Source of the DNA: the human T2T-CHM13v2.0 reference genome, Homo sapiens
Length of the DNA: 64,000 nucleotides
Assembly (NCBI RefSeq): GCF_009914755.1
Contig: NC_060930.1
Strand: one strand, 5' to 3'
Of this stretch, positions 1 to 15,818 are shown in pieces. The notes below the pieces were generated by a model. The model saw nothing but the letters and a program-made list of their open reading frames with translations, was not told where the DNA came from and did no database searches. The position numbers were made by a program, and so were the translations under genes. Position 1 is the first letter of the stretch. The number at the start of each line of letters is the position of its first letter.

Positions 1-1225
1 AATCCAGTATTCCTCCCACTCCTTTTTCAAAATAGCAGTGGGTATAAAAAGTCAAAGTTGTGCAGACAAGTGAGAAAAAGAAACAGACATCCGCAGACCC
101 TCAGGCCCATTCCAGGCAGAACCGCCCGCTCCCCACACCCGCTGCTGGGGTCCACACTTTCTCCTTCTCATTCAGGACTCTTGATCGCGGGGCCTACCCA
201 GATCCTTGCAGCATGCGGCACGGGTTCCACGTGTGCGTGGGCAGCCTGGCCTTTCTGTGCAGCATCCCCTGATCTCCACTGGCCTTTCCCCTCCACTCCA
301 CTCAGTGACCCAGCCCAGGGCAGTCTTCCTGCTCGAAATTACACCATCGCCAAAATTCCGGCTGCCGCTCTCCGACCCGTTTCTTCTGGCAGCAGGCTGG
401 TTCCTCGGCCCCACCGTGCTGACTCCTTGGCCTCCTGAACTCCTCATCCGGCCCTTCTCCGTTTTTTCAGCGGCTTCAACAGGACATTCAAATTCCCTTT
501 CCGCTGCCTCCACCTGGTAAAATCCCACCGGAGTGCAGCTTTCCCTCCTCCTGCTCCAGGAGGTGCTGAGCTGAGCACTGCTGGGTGGAGTCAGGCACAG
601 GGCAGGGGGGTCCTGAGCCAGTCCTCATCAGCCCCCCATGGCCTGCACATTGCTGCCTGGCAATCTAAGGCTTCTTGCTTTATCTCAACGTCCATTTTAC
701 TCTAAACCACTTCAAACCTCCACTTCCTGCCCCACACTTCCATTCTTAGCAGACAACTTCCCCTACTTCACACACAGAAACCCAAAGCCATCAGTGTGAA
801 CTCCCTTACCTTCCTGCTGCCACCAAACCACCAAACACACCAACTAAGAACACCCATGCTCTTGTCCTTTCCTGGTTCCCACAGAGCTGAGATCCACCTG
901 TCCACCCTGCTTTACAGCCAACCCCTTACCTGCTCAAGGAATTGATGCTATTGGGCTTTTTCCTCTAGTGAACATGTTCTCACTCTCTGAAAATGCGTCC
1001 ATCAACTTTTAAACATGAAGTCCCTTCCATCTTAAACAGAAAGCTTACTTCACTTCACCTTCCAGCCTCTGTACACTCATACATCCATTCATCCATCCAT
1101 CCATCCATCCACTAACTGGCTCAATAAATACTGAGTGCTGCTATGTGCCTGTTCTAAGTGCTGGGTAAGGGATCCAGCTCCTGGTTAAAAATCTATGTGC
1201 TGGCTGCTACACCAAAAATATCATA

Positions 1226-3918
<2,693 letters not shown>

Positions 3919-5199
3919 ACTGTGAGTGATTTTGGGGCTGGCCACAGGCAATTACACAGGCTCTAGCAGGCAGGCCTCCCGGGGAAAGCTCCCTCTGCAC
4001 ACCAGACTTGGAGCACAGCCCGGGCAGTGTAGCCCCTGGGGAGGTGCAGTCAAGGTCCCAGGCCCTTCGGCCCACCACACTTTTTCATGTAGTTCCCTTC
4101 CTAGCCCAGTGCCTTATTTCCCAGGAATCCTTATCTGAGGCTGTAGGAGTAGACGGGACCCCCAGCTGGCACACGCCCGGCACAATGGTTGGGAAGCTCA
4201 CCTTGACCATTCTAGCTTCAGCCCTCCCCTGGCTGAAACCCTGCAGACACAAGTCACTTCCGTGTCCTTAATTCCAAGGAACATTTTTGAAGCATCAGTA
4301 TCCTTTCCAACTCAACAGCACAGGACACTTTGGCACTCCCTCCTGCTTACAATGTTCTCTTCAACTCCCATGTCCCACCGGCTCTCCTGACTGTCCTCCC
4401 GCCTCGCCAGCTGCTCCTGCTTGGGGTCTCCTCTGCCGCCTTAGCTCCTTCTACCTGGAAAGACAGCTTCCTCCTTGTGTTTCTCTACACTCCCCCTAAC
4501 CACCTCACCCACACCTACCATGGGAACAGTGAGGGAAATAGATAAGGTAGGTATACTTACAATCTTCTAAGTGGGAAAGGCAGAGAGAGCTTAAATTGTT
4601 TATTAGGCATTTTTCTCTTATTACCATCTTCCACGCGGTGATCTTTGAAGTGAAACATGATAAATTAATGCCATTTGTAAATATGAAATAACTCAGTCAA
4701 CAAGCAAATGACTTGTCTCAACCTGTGTGCTATGGTCTGAGTGTTTGCTGAAATCCTCGACCCCATGGTGATGGTACTGGAAGATGGCCCTTCAGGAGAT
4801 GATCAGGTCATGGGGATGGAGTCCTCATGAATGGGATCCATGCCCTAATAAGACGAGAAAGAGACTAAAGCTCTCTGCTCTCTGCCATGTCAAGATATAA
4901 CCAGAGGCAACAGTGTGACACCAGGAAGGGGGAGGCCTCACCAAGAACCCATGAGTGCACCTTGATCTCTGACTTCCGGCCTCAAAACCCGTAAGAAATA
5001 AATTTCTGTTGTTTATAAATCACAAAGTCTAAGGTATTTTATTACAGCAGGCTGAATGGACTAAGACATCTCGCAAATTGTCAGCAGGGGTTAGTAGGAC
5101 TCCCACAAGAGAACTCTGTAGAATGTTCCGGCATTATGTTCTTGTCATCTAACTCCCAACAATTACCTTATGCCAATGCCCTCAGCTCTCCTTGGTAGT

Positions 5200-7770
5200 T
5201 ACCCAAATCCAAACAACTCACTCATCTGTTTGTTCAACAAGTAGTTATGAACAGCTATTAGACGCCAGGTACTTGGTAGGTTCTACATACACAGAAAGGA
5301 ATAAGACAGCACCTAGCGTACTTACATTCAGATGGGGGAAAATGGGCAATAAACTAATGAGGCAGGTTCTACTAAGGACATAAATAGGGGCAGAGTAACT
5401 GGGTCAGGAAGAGCCTCTCTAAAGAGGTGACCAAGTGAAGACATCAGGAAGTGACCAATCCAACTCTGAAAAGAGCCAGGAAGGGGCATTCCTGAAAAAA
5501 GAAATGCAACTGCCAGGTCTCCCAGGCAGAAGAAAATGGCTCCAACTGAGGAGGAGAAAGAGGGCAGGGCAAGGCAAGCACTGGGGAGAGGGTGGGGAGG
5601 CGGGCCGACAAGCAGTGCAGGGCTGAGAGGCCAAGGGAGGGATCTGGATTTTACTCAAGTGCTGCAGGAAGTCAATGAAGGATGTGATCAGGGGAGGAAT
5701 ATGATCAACTCTCTTAAGATCTGGCTCAATATCTCTCCCTCCTTGACTTCTTCCCAGGCATCTCGAAGGAGAGGTCCCAGAACTCTGGCTACCGTGCCTC
5801 TCCCCGGGGCTCAAAGCGCCTGCATAGGAGGATGATGCAGCCTGGATGTCAGGATGCTCCCCTATGACCTTCACTGCCTCGCCCAACTCCTCAACTGGCC
5901 TAGAACCATCCCTGTCAAGACCCAATTCCAATGTGCCCGCCATCCTGGTTACGTCTTGCTGCACAAGACGTGCAACACTCTCAGGTCATCCCTCACCCCA
6001 TTCAGGTCTGTGCGCCTTTAATCCCATCTCATCTCCTACCCATCTCCAAAAACCAACAGCAAACCTCCCTATGTCCTCACCCTCTTCTCTGATGATCCTC
6101 TCACCTTCCGGCTAGGTTTGAAATTTAGTCTCCAGGACCAGGGCTCTCCCCTGTGAATCCTGTACCACTTGGACAAGCAGTGAGCCAGGTGTCTGCCCTC
6201 CTCACTGCCACTTCCTGCCCCTTCCTCCTCCCTAGAGAAACCTGCTTTCCAAGTCACTCCTCAATAGCCCCCTAGCAACAATTCCCTCTTGCCTGCACCA
6301 TAATTTTCCCCTTTCCTGGACCATTCCCAATGCACAGAAACATCCAGTATTTTCCTTGGGAAAATGACATGTTCCCCGACCCCACTGCATCCTTCAACTA
6401 CCACCCACTTCTTTGCTCCACAGGAAAAATCACTGAGATGGCCATACCATCTCCATCTTCTTTCTATTCTCCCCTGACTTCAATCAGGCCTCTGACCCCA
6501 TCCAGCCACCAAGACTGCTCTCGTGGAAGTGACAACTGATAACCTCCACGGGTAATCTGCTCTTAACTTCTGAGACCCATCAACAGTACTGGGTCCCATC
6601 CCCTTCCTAAAGCACTCTCTTCCCTCACTTTCTGGGGCATCCTTCTCTCTTGGTTCTCCTCCTCCTTCTCTCGCCACGCCTCTCAGCTGTCTTTGCCGGC
6701 TTCTGCTCATCCTCTAAACTTCTACACACCTAGAGAAAACCAGAGGTCAAACCTTGGACCTCATCTTGACGATCTCATCTCTCTCCTATTTCCTCCCACA
6801 AACTCTACAGTGTTACGTCCAACTGCTTTCCTCACATCTCCACTTGGATGCTACCTGGATCTCAGACTTCACGTCCACACTGAAATGATTTTCCTCCCTG
6901 AACCTGCTCCTCCCACAGTCACTTAATGGCAACTCCACCTCTCCAGATGCTCAGGTCGAATGCCATGAGGCATCCTTGCCTCCTCCCACTCTCACACATC
7001 CAATCCGTCAACAGTGTGGCCTGCTGGCTGTACACTCAGACCATTTACAGAATCTGACCACTTTTTTGTTTTTTAAACAGGCTTTTTTGCTCTTTAAACC
7101 ACTTCTATCACTGATTTGAGCCACAGTCATCTCTTGCCAGGACAACTGTACTTGTCTCCAGCCCAGTCTCTGGGCTTCTAACATTGCCTCTACAGTTTGT
7201 TCTCCACAGAGCTGCCAGAGTGATCCTTTAAAATCCAAGTCGGTCACACCACCACTCTGCTCTAAACCCAAAGGCTTCCTATCACACTCAGAGTAAAGCT
7301 AAAATCCTTTCTATGGCCTATGAGAACCCTCACAATTGAGAATCCCCCTTCCTGCTTCACCTTTTCTTCTACAATTGTCCCTCTTCTCTGCCCCGCTGCT
7401 AGAGCCCCTCTGGCCTCCTTACTGGCCCTGAACATGCTGACCACACACCACTTGGGACTCTGTATCTGCCTTGGAGGCTTTTATTCACAGGATGCTCAGA
7501 CATCCCAGCAGCTCTTCTGAGCTGTGCTCACATGACTCCCTGGCAGGGAGGCCTTATCTAAGTAATATGGCAACCCCAACCTCCTCAACCTGCTCTGACT
7601 TTTTCTGTGGCTGTCTGACACATTATATACTTACTTGTTTATTCACTGTTTCCTCCAATTAAAATTTAAGTTCCATGTGAAAGAGGTATTTGCACTGGTC
7701 ACTGTTATTAACACCTGCATCTTGAACAATGTCAAACATATGCAGGAACTTGAATATTTGTTAATGAACG
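5200..7770. mobile_element. Ancient L2 fragments in mixed orientation
   Basis: L2-like motifs (ccagagtgatccttt..., ctcacatctccacttggatg, 3' gaatatttgttaatgaa); very degraded. Confidence 0.55.
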
Positions 7771-8103
7771 ATCACCTCCTCTGAACTCACAGCACTTGTC
7801 TATACAGCCAGTCACTCTAATCTTTGATTGATTACTTCTCCACATATCTTTCTCCCCTCTAGACAGTGGGCTCAAGATAAGTGATATTACCTTTGCATCT
7901 CCAAAGTTTAGAGTAGCACTGTCCAATAGAACTTTCTGCAATGCAAATGTTCTGTATCTGCGCTGTTTAATACAGTAGCCTTTAACCACATGTGCCTACT
8001 GAACATGTGAAATGTGGTTGCTGTGACTAAGGAACTGAATGTTAAATTTTATTTAATTTTAATTAATTTAAATTTAATTGCTCCAGGCGCAGTGGCTCAA
8101 GCC

Positions 8104-8421
<318 letters not shown>

Positions 8422-9199
8422 TTACAGAGTGCAATGAGAACAGATACTTGTCTTACACTCTCTGAACCCAAAACTGTAGCCCAGAACTCTACCCACACCA
8501 AGTGCTGAGTAAGTATAATGACAAGGAAGTCAGGAGAGACAAATAGAAGATCCTTATGAAATACAATTCAATTTTAAACGTCCAACTTCTGCGACAGCAC
8601 ACAATAACGTGCAATATAATCGCATGCAATAACAAAAAAACTTACACCGCAGTTCCTGCTCCACTGCTACTTTTAACCTTCTTGCTGGAGGAAGTAACCC
8701 TTAACAAGTCTCGCTGGTAAGGCGCAGACACAAGGGCTTTTATTAAGAAAAAAAAAAAAAATCTCTTACCAGGGCTCACTGCCTTAACAGAAAAATTTTA
8801 ATTCAATATTATTTCACTTACCAATGTCCTGTTTATTTTTCCTCCAGTCTCCCTATTTCCAAAAGACCACCCCCCAGCAAACACACACATAACACCACCT
8901 TTACCTCCAGAGACAAACAGATGCAACAAGCTTTAGGGTCTCGGCTCACTGCAGCTTGCAGGATAAATGCCCTGCATAGCTACTTACGCTGCACAGCCCG
9001 AGGCCAGACCCCGCACCAGGCTCAGAAAACCAAATAGTACGTGGGAGCGATGGATTATTTGGGAAAGCGAGGGCAGACGTTAGCGGATTCCTAAGTCAGA
9101 AGGCCAGATGGGAGAGTCGGGGGGGGGGCCTCAAAGTGGGTTTAAGTAGACCGCATGGAAAACTGGAAAGTTCTCAAATTCTACCCAGGAAGCAGGCGG

Positions 9200-9960
9200 A
9201 GCCCTCCTAAATCAACCAGCCGGGCAGAGGAGTCCCAGACCCCCGGCCTCGCACCCACCCCACCCGCTCGGCCGGTCCTCAGTGCGGCCGGGGCCAGCGG
9301 GCAGCCCCGGGACTGGACGAGGGCGCAAGTTCGCTACCTGCGCAGTCAGGCCCTGCTCCTCGTCGTCCTGGCCGCTCAGGACTCGCCGCAGCTTCTCCAT
9401 GGCCCCGTTCCAGGGCCGTAGCGGCCGCCACTCTGTTGCCTGCCCCTGACGCCCACCAGGAAACCCCGAACCCGAAACCCCACAGACCAGCCGGAAGTCC
9501 GGTCCCGCCCGCTTCCTGTGCGTCAGCGCGGCCGCCGTAGCAATGCGCGCATGCTCACCACCCTTTCTCTCGGACCCGGTAGTGGTCCGTGAAGTCCGCG
9601 GAGTGGGCGGTGATGGTGGGGCTATCCCTTCCCACTGTCCGCGAGGTGCGCCGTGGTAACGCGCGGGGACACAGCGCGGGTGTGGACCCCCTGCCCACAG
9701 CTGGCGCACAGCCATTGAGTGTAGACCCGACTGGGGCACGACCACTGAACCCTGCACTTGGCGTCCTCCGGGCCCCGCGAGGGGTCTTGCTGGGCGGGTC
9801 CGCGGCACCCCGGGTTCCCAGAAGTCGAGGCCCCGAATGCGCCTCCCCTCGCCTGGAATCGGAGAGCGGAGGGCTCCTGCGGGCAGGTGGCCGTGCTCCG
9901 AAGAGCGCCCTGCCACCCATGAGGTGGCCCTGGGGGCGTCGCTAGCCTTCCCAGCTGGGT
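9200..9960. promoter_or_regulatory. CpG-island promoter of SFT2D1
   Basis: High GC/CpG density around the start codon. ETS/GABP motif CCGGAAGT at ~9491, half-CRE TGCGTCA at ~9519, NRF1-like TGCGCGCATGC at 9544-9554. Confidence 0.85.
9338..9400 (-). CDS. SFT2D1: SFT2D1 coding exon 1 (vesicle transport protein SFT2A); later exons lie beyond the left window edge
   Basis: Minus strand reads GCC ATG GAG... MEKLRRVLSGQDDEEQGLTAQ (63 nt, phase 0), then donor CAG|GTAGCG. Matches the recalled SFT2D1 N-terminus and lies in a CpG island. Confidence 0.95.
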
Positions 9961-10762
9961 GTCCTCATCCGGAGACACAAACACCTGCCTCAGGATTAAA
10001 GCGAGGAGCTGTATTTCAGACCGTCTCAGGAGAAATAGCAAGAGGCTGCCTCACTCCTTTGCCCTTGTGAGAGCTATTTCTTTACTCAGTTCACTGGTCA
10101 GCTAGGAGTTTGAAAGAGTGAAATCTTATTTATAAAAGGAATAGCTAATGCAACCCATTTTTCCAGTTTTGTGTGAACAGTGAAACCATTGAACAAGCGT
10201 TTACTGTTCTCCGGCTCGTGCTGGATGAACAAACACTAAGAAATGGGGAAGTGGCATTTTTCTCTCTCTCATTTTCCACCATGCTAAGAAAGGAGATTAA
10301 AAATCAGGGCTGCCTGTCTAATATGGTCTCCAGAAGTCATTAAGTGATAGGTTTTGCTCTTCTGTTTGCTTCTAGGCTTGGTAAGATGGTAATGAGAATG
10401 CCTGTTCTTTTGATTACTTTGTCCACTCCATTTCCTCCCTAAAATCTTTCAGTTAAAAGGTGGATCCTCAAAAAGTTTCATTGTCCATCCTACTGCCTCA
10501 GTAGAGATTTTATCTAAACTCAATTAGATAAAAACAAATACCACAGGAACCCTAGGAAAGCAAGTCGCGCCTTCTTGTGATGAAACGGTCCAATGCTCAG
10601 CATCCTTTTCCTTTAGGCAGAAGATATTTCTATGTGGCCTGTTCATACTAATATGAGAAGTCTTATCCTTATGTCCTTAACTTTAAAAGGTCAGAAAATA
10701 GATTGTAAAATCTATAGAATAAAACTCTATGTTTCTGTTGAATAAGAGAGTATGTCCGTAAG

Positions 10763-11438
10763 TGTTACGGGAAAGGGGTCCGGATCCATACCCCAAAAGA
10801 GGGTTCTTGGATCTTGCGCAAAAAGAATTCAGGGCAAGTGAAAACAAGTTTATTTAAAAAGTAGAGGAACATCGGTAGTCTGAGGCAGAGAATTGCTTGA
10901 ACCCGGGAGGCGGAGCTTGCAGTGAGCCGAGATCGCGCCCCTGCACTCCAGCCTGGGCGACAGAGCGAGACTCCGTCTCAAAAAAAAAAAAAAAAAAGTA
11001 GAAGGACAAAAGAATAGCTACTCCATAGGCAGAGCAGGGCTGTCTATTACCAGGGCTGCTGGTTGCCCATTTTTATGGTTATTTCTTGAAGATATGCTAA
11101 ACAAGGGGTGGATTCATGCCTCCCCTTTTTAGACCATATAGGCTAACTTCGTGATATTGCCATGGCATTTGTAAACTGCCATGGCGCTAGTGGGAGTGTA
11201 GCAATGAGAACGACCAGAGGTCTCTCTTGTTACCTTGGTTTTGGTGGGATTCGGCCGGTTTCTTTACTGCAGTCTGTTTCATCAGCAAGGTCTTTATGAT
11301 CTGTATCTTGTGCTGACCTTCTATCTTATCCTGTGTCTTAGAATGACTTAACTGTCTGGGAATGCAGCTCAGTGGGTCTCAACCTCATTTTACCCAGCCG
11401 CTATTCAAGATGGGCTTCTCTGGTTCACATATCTGACA
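10763..11438 (-). mobile_element. MER41A-like solo LTR with a 5'-truncated AluY inside (~10871-10997)
   Basis: TG...CA ends. Minus strand begins TGTCAGATATGTGAACCAGAG...CCATCTTGAATAG...GGGTAAAATGAGG, as in MER41. Lacks the tandem-GAS segment of MER41B. Confidence 0.8.
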
Positions 11439-11465
11439 TAACTGCTTTCAAGATTTTCAAGTATA

Positions 11466-11772
<307 letters not shown>

Positions 11773-11848
11773 CTAGCTCTTCCTGCTTCCTGGCCACATA
11801 GTTTTTTCAAGAGCCAATGACTCCTGAACACAAGGACATGCACAAAAT

Positions 11849-12252
11849 TGTTGGGGTGATCAGACCCAACACCAGGTTGTGGGAGTGACAAAGTCCAGCA
11901 GAGTCAAAAGATTGAGAAAAAAGTTTGAGAGAGAAATGTGGGACAACAGGGGCCATTGCTATTGCGGAGGCTGTGAAGGCCCCGAGCTCTGGGAGCCCAC
12001 AGTGTTTATTGGTAATCCAACTAAGAAACAGGTGGTGAGAATGTGGAGGTCATGTTGCATTAAGCACATGATTTACAGCTGTGACAGTTTAGCATTTATA
12101 TGGAACATGTTCTGCTACTTGAGATAATGGGAATAGGTGCCTAGGAGCCTAGGAAGGCTAGAAGCAAGGAGCCAGCAAGTCTAGACACATTCCAGAGGAC
12201 ATTATGCAAGCCCTGCCTCAGTTTCCCCCCAACACTCAGCTTTTTCCCAGCA
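11849..12252 (-). mobile_element. ERVK-class 3' LTR (LTR3/HML-6-like)
   Basis: Minus strand TGCTGGGAAAAAGCTGAGTGTTGGG...TATAAA...AATAAA...GATCACCCCAACA, preceded by polypurine tract AAAGAGAAGGGGGG. Confidence 0.75.
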
Positions 12253-13570
12253 TGCCCCCCTTCTCTTTATTGTAAAAGAGAAGATATCATTATTACTAGC
12301 TATCATTATTACTAGCATGGCTCTGGTTTGAATGCTTCCCACATATCTCCCCTTTCCCTTTTACAAGAAGACCCTTAATCCTAGGGGTTGCAGAAGGATG
12401 AAGGTCCATCTTCTGTAACTTCTTCATGCTGAATAGGGGTGACGATATTCCTGTCTAACTGTTAGGGTCTCTCATATTCAGGGTAGAGAGGAGCTGAGTC
12501 AGAAAGCATTGGCCCGTTAAGCATCGTGACTCCGGTCGGTCCTCATTCCTTCTTCGCATTCAGATTCAACTGGCTCATGGCTCACACTGGGGGAACCCGG
12601 TCCAAGGTTGGGATCCATGGGTACCTCCAGTCTCCCATTCCATGGTCGTACACATCTTGAGGGTATCCACACGGTTTGTTCATCTCCTGCAAAAACACAA
12701 GCATACCCTCACCCCCACGTTAGTAAATCTACTGAAACAGAAGCAAAAACTTTTGTGGCTGTAGCCGGGAGGCCACTGATAATGAGAAACAGGCCTTTTC
12801 TGATTAACAGAAGGCATAGAGAAAGCAAATCGAGGCTTTTCAAACCTTCAATTCGCACTGTACTCTACATGTGGGTCCACTAGATGCCGTGGCTCGTGAT
12901 AGATCTTCAGATGGTTGGTGGGCACCCACACAGACACCTGAGTGTCACCTGGAGAGACACAAGCAAATCCTCTTCCCCACAAAATTATCTTTAGGCAGGG
13001 ATCAGAGGACGTAGATTCAGAGGTAAAGAGAATTTGGGGGGCCTAATGGCTTCCTGATGTTTGATAGGTGTTCCCTCGGAAGTTAGGAATTCCCTTTCTC
13101 TCCATATTGCTGCGTGGGCTTGGAGGACTAGGTAAGCATGCTTAGAGTCTGTATATTTAACCTTTTTCCTTCTAATTCTAGTGTATAATGGCCCCTGCTT
13201 TTGCTAGAATGTCTCTCCCTAACAAAGGAGTGGGGCTTTCGGGCGTAATTAGAAAGGCATGTGAAAAGAGTAAATTTCCCCAGTCACAACTTAGTGGCTG
13301 GGAGAAGTATCAAGTGACTGCCTGTCCTAGGACCCCTCAGATAGTGACAGATCTGGAGGACAATTGTCCAGGACAGGAGAGTAAGACTGAGAAGACCGCA
13401 CCAGTGTCCAGGAAACAGTTAACCTCCTGGCCCTCAATGGTCAAGCATACCTGGGGCTCTGTGTGGGTGATGGCATGGGCTGGTGCTTGCCCTGGTACCC
13501 TCAGTCCTGCTGCTGGATCATCTGGTTAGTGGCTTCTGACTCAGAGGACCTTTGTCCCCCAGGGCAGTGG
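12253..13570 (-). mobile_element. Mosaic ERV internal region: HERV-W-like gag end/protease and RNase H, plus two betaretroviral integrase C-termini
   Basis: Manual translation of the minus strand: QMIQQQD*, LTIEGQEVNCFLDTGAVFSVL...PTPLLGRDILAKAGAII; DSKHAYLVLQAHAAIWREREFLTSEGTPIKHQEAI; [34 protein letters not shown]; VDLLTWG*GYACVFAGDEQTVWIPSRCVRPWNG. Confidence 0.8.
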
Positions 13571-14140
13571 GACTTCAAATTCAAATTCTGAGGCGTTTGT
13601 TGTTAGGAGTAGAAAAGTACTTTCCGAAACACATACCTTCTCCTTATTGGAATATCCCCTTTATCTACTAAAATGTACAGAAAACTCTAGGACAAAAACT
13701 TCCCAAATGTTTGTAAATCTCAACTCCTCAGATGTAGTGTCTGGGCTAGGTAAGGCAGGGGCATAGACTGGAAAAAGTATAAAGCTTCCATTTTTTGTTT
13801 GCAACCAATTCTTCTGCAGTGATTAACAAATGGCCTTGATGCAAATAAAGAAAATCTACCCCTTAACTGCCCTCTGCCTCCATGAACATGCCTAGATGGA
13901 AATGTGGGTAGTGAGAGGGGACTCTTGATGTCACAGAAGGGTGCTTGGGACAAGGGTTTGTTAATTCATTGCCATTTGCTCAGCTCCTAACCAGCTATGA
14001 AACTGCAAGAAAGTCACTTGCAAGAAAGTCCTTGGATCTTTGGTTCCTTATTTTATTTTTAAAAAAGAAGAAGAGGGAAAGATGAGATTATCTCTAGTGA
14101 ACTTCTGGAATTACCACCCTTTGCCCATTGGTTGATGCAA

Positions 14141-14154
14141 AGAGAGAGAGAGAG

Positions 14155-14203
<49 letters not shown>

Positions 14204-14214
14204 GAGAGAGAGAG
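14141..14214. repeat. Compound microsatellite (GA)n(GT)n(GA)n
   Basis: Directly visible. Confidence 0.95.
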
Positions 14215-14888
14215 AAAATGGAAAAGAAGTGGTGCCTGAACTGAAGGAGCTGATCCTATGGGGAGAAGCCCATCCCACCATCCCACAGGACTGGCATAAA
14301 CACTGAAGGTCATCTCTGGTTGAAAGCCAACAGCCTCCCTCCTAAGTGTCTACACTGAGTGCTTAACACAGAATGACAATTCTATTTTGGGCTCCCCCAT
14401 CCCAGTTGGTTATAAATATTAATTTATTGGGGGAGTATGGAAAAGCATTGTTCTAAGAGCCATAACTATATCAAAAGCTACACCCAGAGGTATCAGTTTC
14501 CCCTTGTCTCCTCTCATTCTCTCCTCTCATTCTTTCCACCCCATTCCCACCCATCCCCTATAGGTAAATGATCTCATTAATTACTGGTTTCTACTTCCTC
14601 TGTTTCTTTTGCACAAGAGACCTGATACATGCATACTTTCCTACATCTCCCTTCTTTCTTACGTGAAGGATAATATATTACATTCTTTTCATTTTGCTTT
14701 TTTCATTTAACAGTATACCCTGGAAATCAGCTCATATCAGTTTTCAGAGATTTTTTCCCCTTTTTTGGCACAGCTGCACAATACTGCATTGTTCTATAGT
14801 TTTCTCAATGACTACTTAGATTGTTTCTAATATTTTTCAGTAAGAAACAATATTGCAATAAATAATATAATGCACATATATATGTATA

Positions 14889-15818
14889 TGAGAGGTCTTC
14901 AAAATGTTAATGGGAAATGTGTATTATGAAAAAACTATGCATGAATTTTAAACTTTTTGCACCAAAATAAACCTGTACTAACTTGTTATAACATGTCTGA
15001 ACAGGTTCAAGTTTGAGGCATTAAGAAGGATAAGACATCAATTTGAAAAGAGCCCCTGTCAGAGCAACATGACTTGAAAGCAAGAAGAAAAAACAAAAAA
15101 TGAAGCAAGAACAAACATCAAATTTATGCTGAGTTTGGCTGCAAGAATGGTGAAATCATTGATACTTTACAAGACACTAATCAGGACAGTGCCCCAAAGG
15201 AATCAGCAGTTTACAAATGGATATAACCTGTTTTCAGAAGAGACAAGATTAATTTGAAGATGAAGCAGTGGCGGACCATCCATGTCAATTTATGAGAAAA
15301 AAATTCATTCTGTTCATGCCCTAACTGAAGAGGACTGACAACAGCACAAACAATAGCCAACATCATAGACATCTCAACTGGTTCAGCTTACTCAATTCTG
15401 ACTGAAAGTTAAAGTTGAGCAAACTTTCCACTCAATGAGTGTCGAAACCCTCATGCCCAGATCAGCTGCAGACAAGAGCAGAGGTTTCAATGGAAATTTT
15501 AAACAAGTGAGATTAAGATCCTGAAGCATTTCTTGAAAGAATTGTAACAGGAGATAAACCATGGCTTCACCAGTACAATACTGAAGACTAAGCACAATCA
15601 AAGCAATGGCTACCAAGAGGCCGAAGTGGTCCCATTAAGGCGAAAGTGGACCAGTCAAGAGCAAAGGTCATGGCAACAGTGTTTTGGGATGCCAAGACAT
15701 TTTGCTCGTTGACTTTCTGGAGGGCCAAAGTGCAGTAATGTCTGTTTATTATGTTTTGAGAAAGTTGGCCAAACCTTTAGTAGAAAAATGCCCAGGAGAA
15801 CTTCACTAGAGTGACCTT
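14889..15818 (+). mobile_element. HSMAR2 mariner, 3'-truncated, with decayed transposase
   Basis: After TA, starts GAGAGGTCTTCAAAATGTTAATGGGAAATG...AAAAAACTATGCATG. Catalytic-region remnant IVTGDKPWLHQY at ~15541. Confidence 0.8.

Noticed and set aside
9212-9916. 234-aa ORF suggesting an N-terminally extended SFT2D1
   Set aside because: GC-rich open frame running through the promoter and past the donor at 9337. The ATG at 9400 has a good Kozak context and matches the known N-terminus.
10763-11438. MER41 as an interferon-gamma/STAT1 enhancer for SFT2D1
   Set aside because: The tandem GAS (TTCNNNGAA) segment of MER41B is absent (AAAAGGGGAGG joins directly to CATGAAT), consistent with MER41A.
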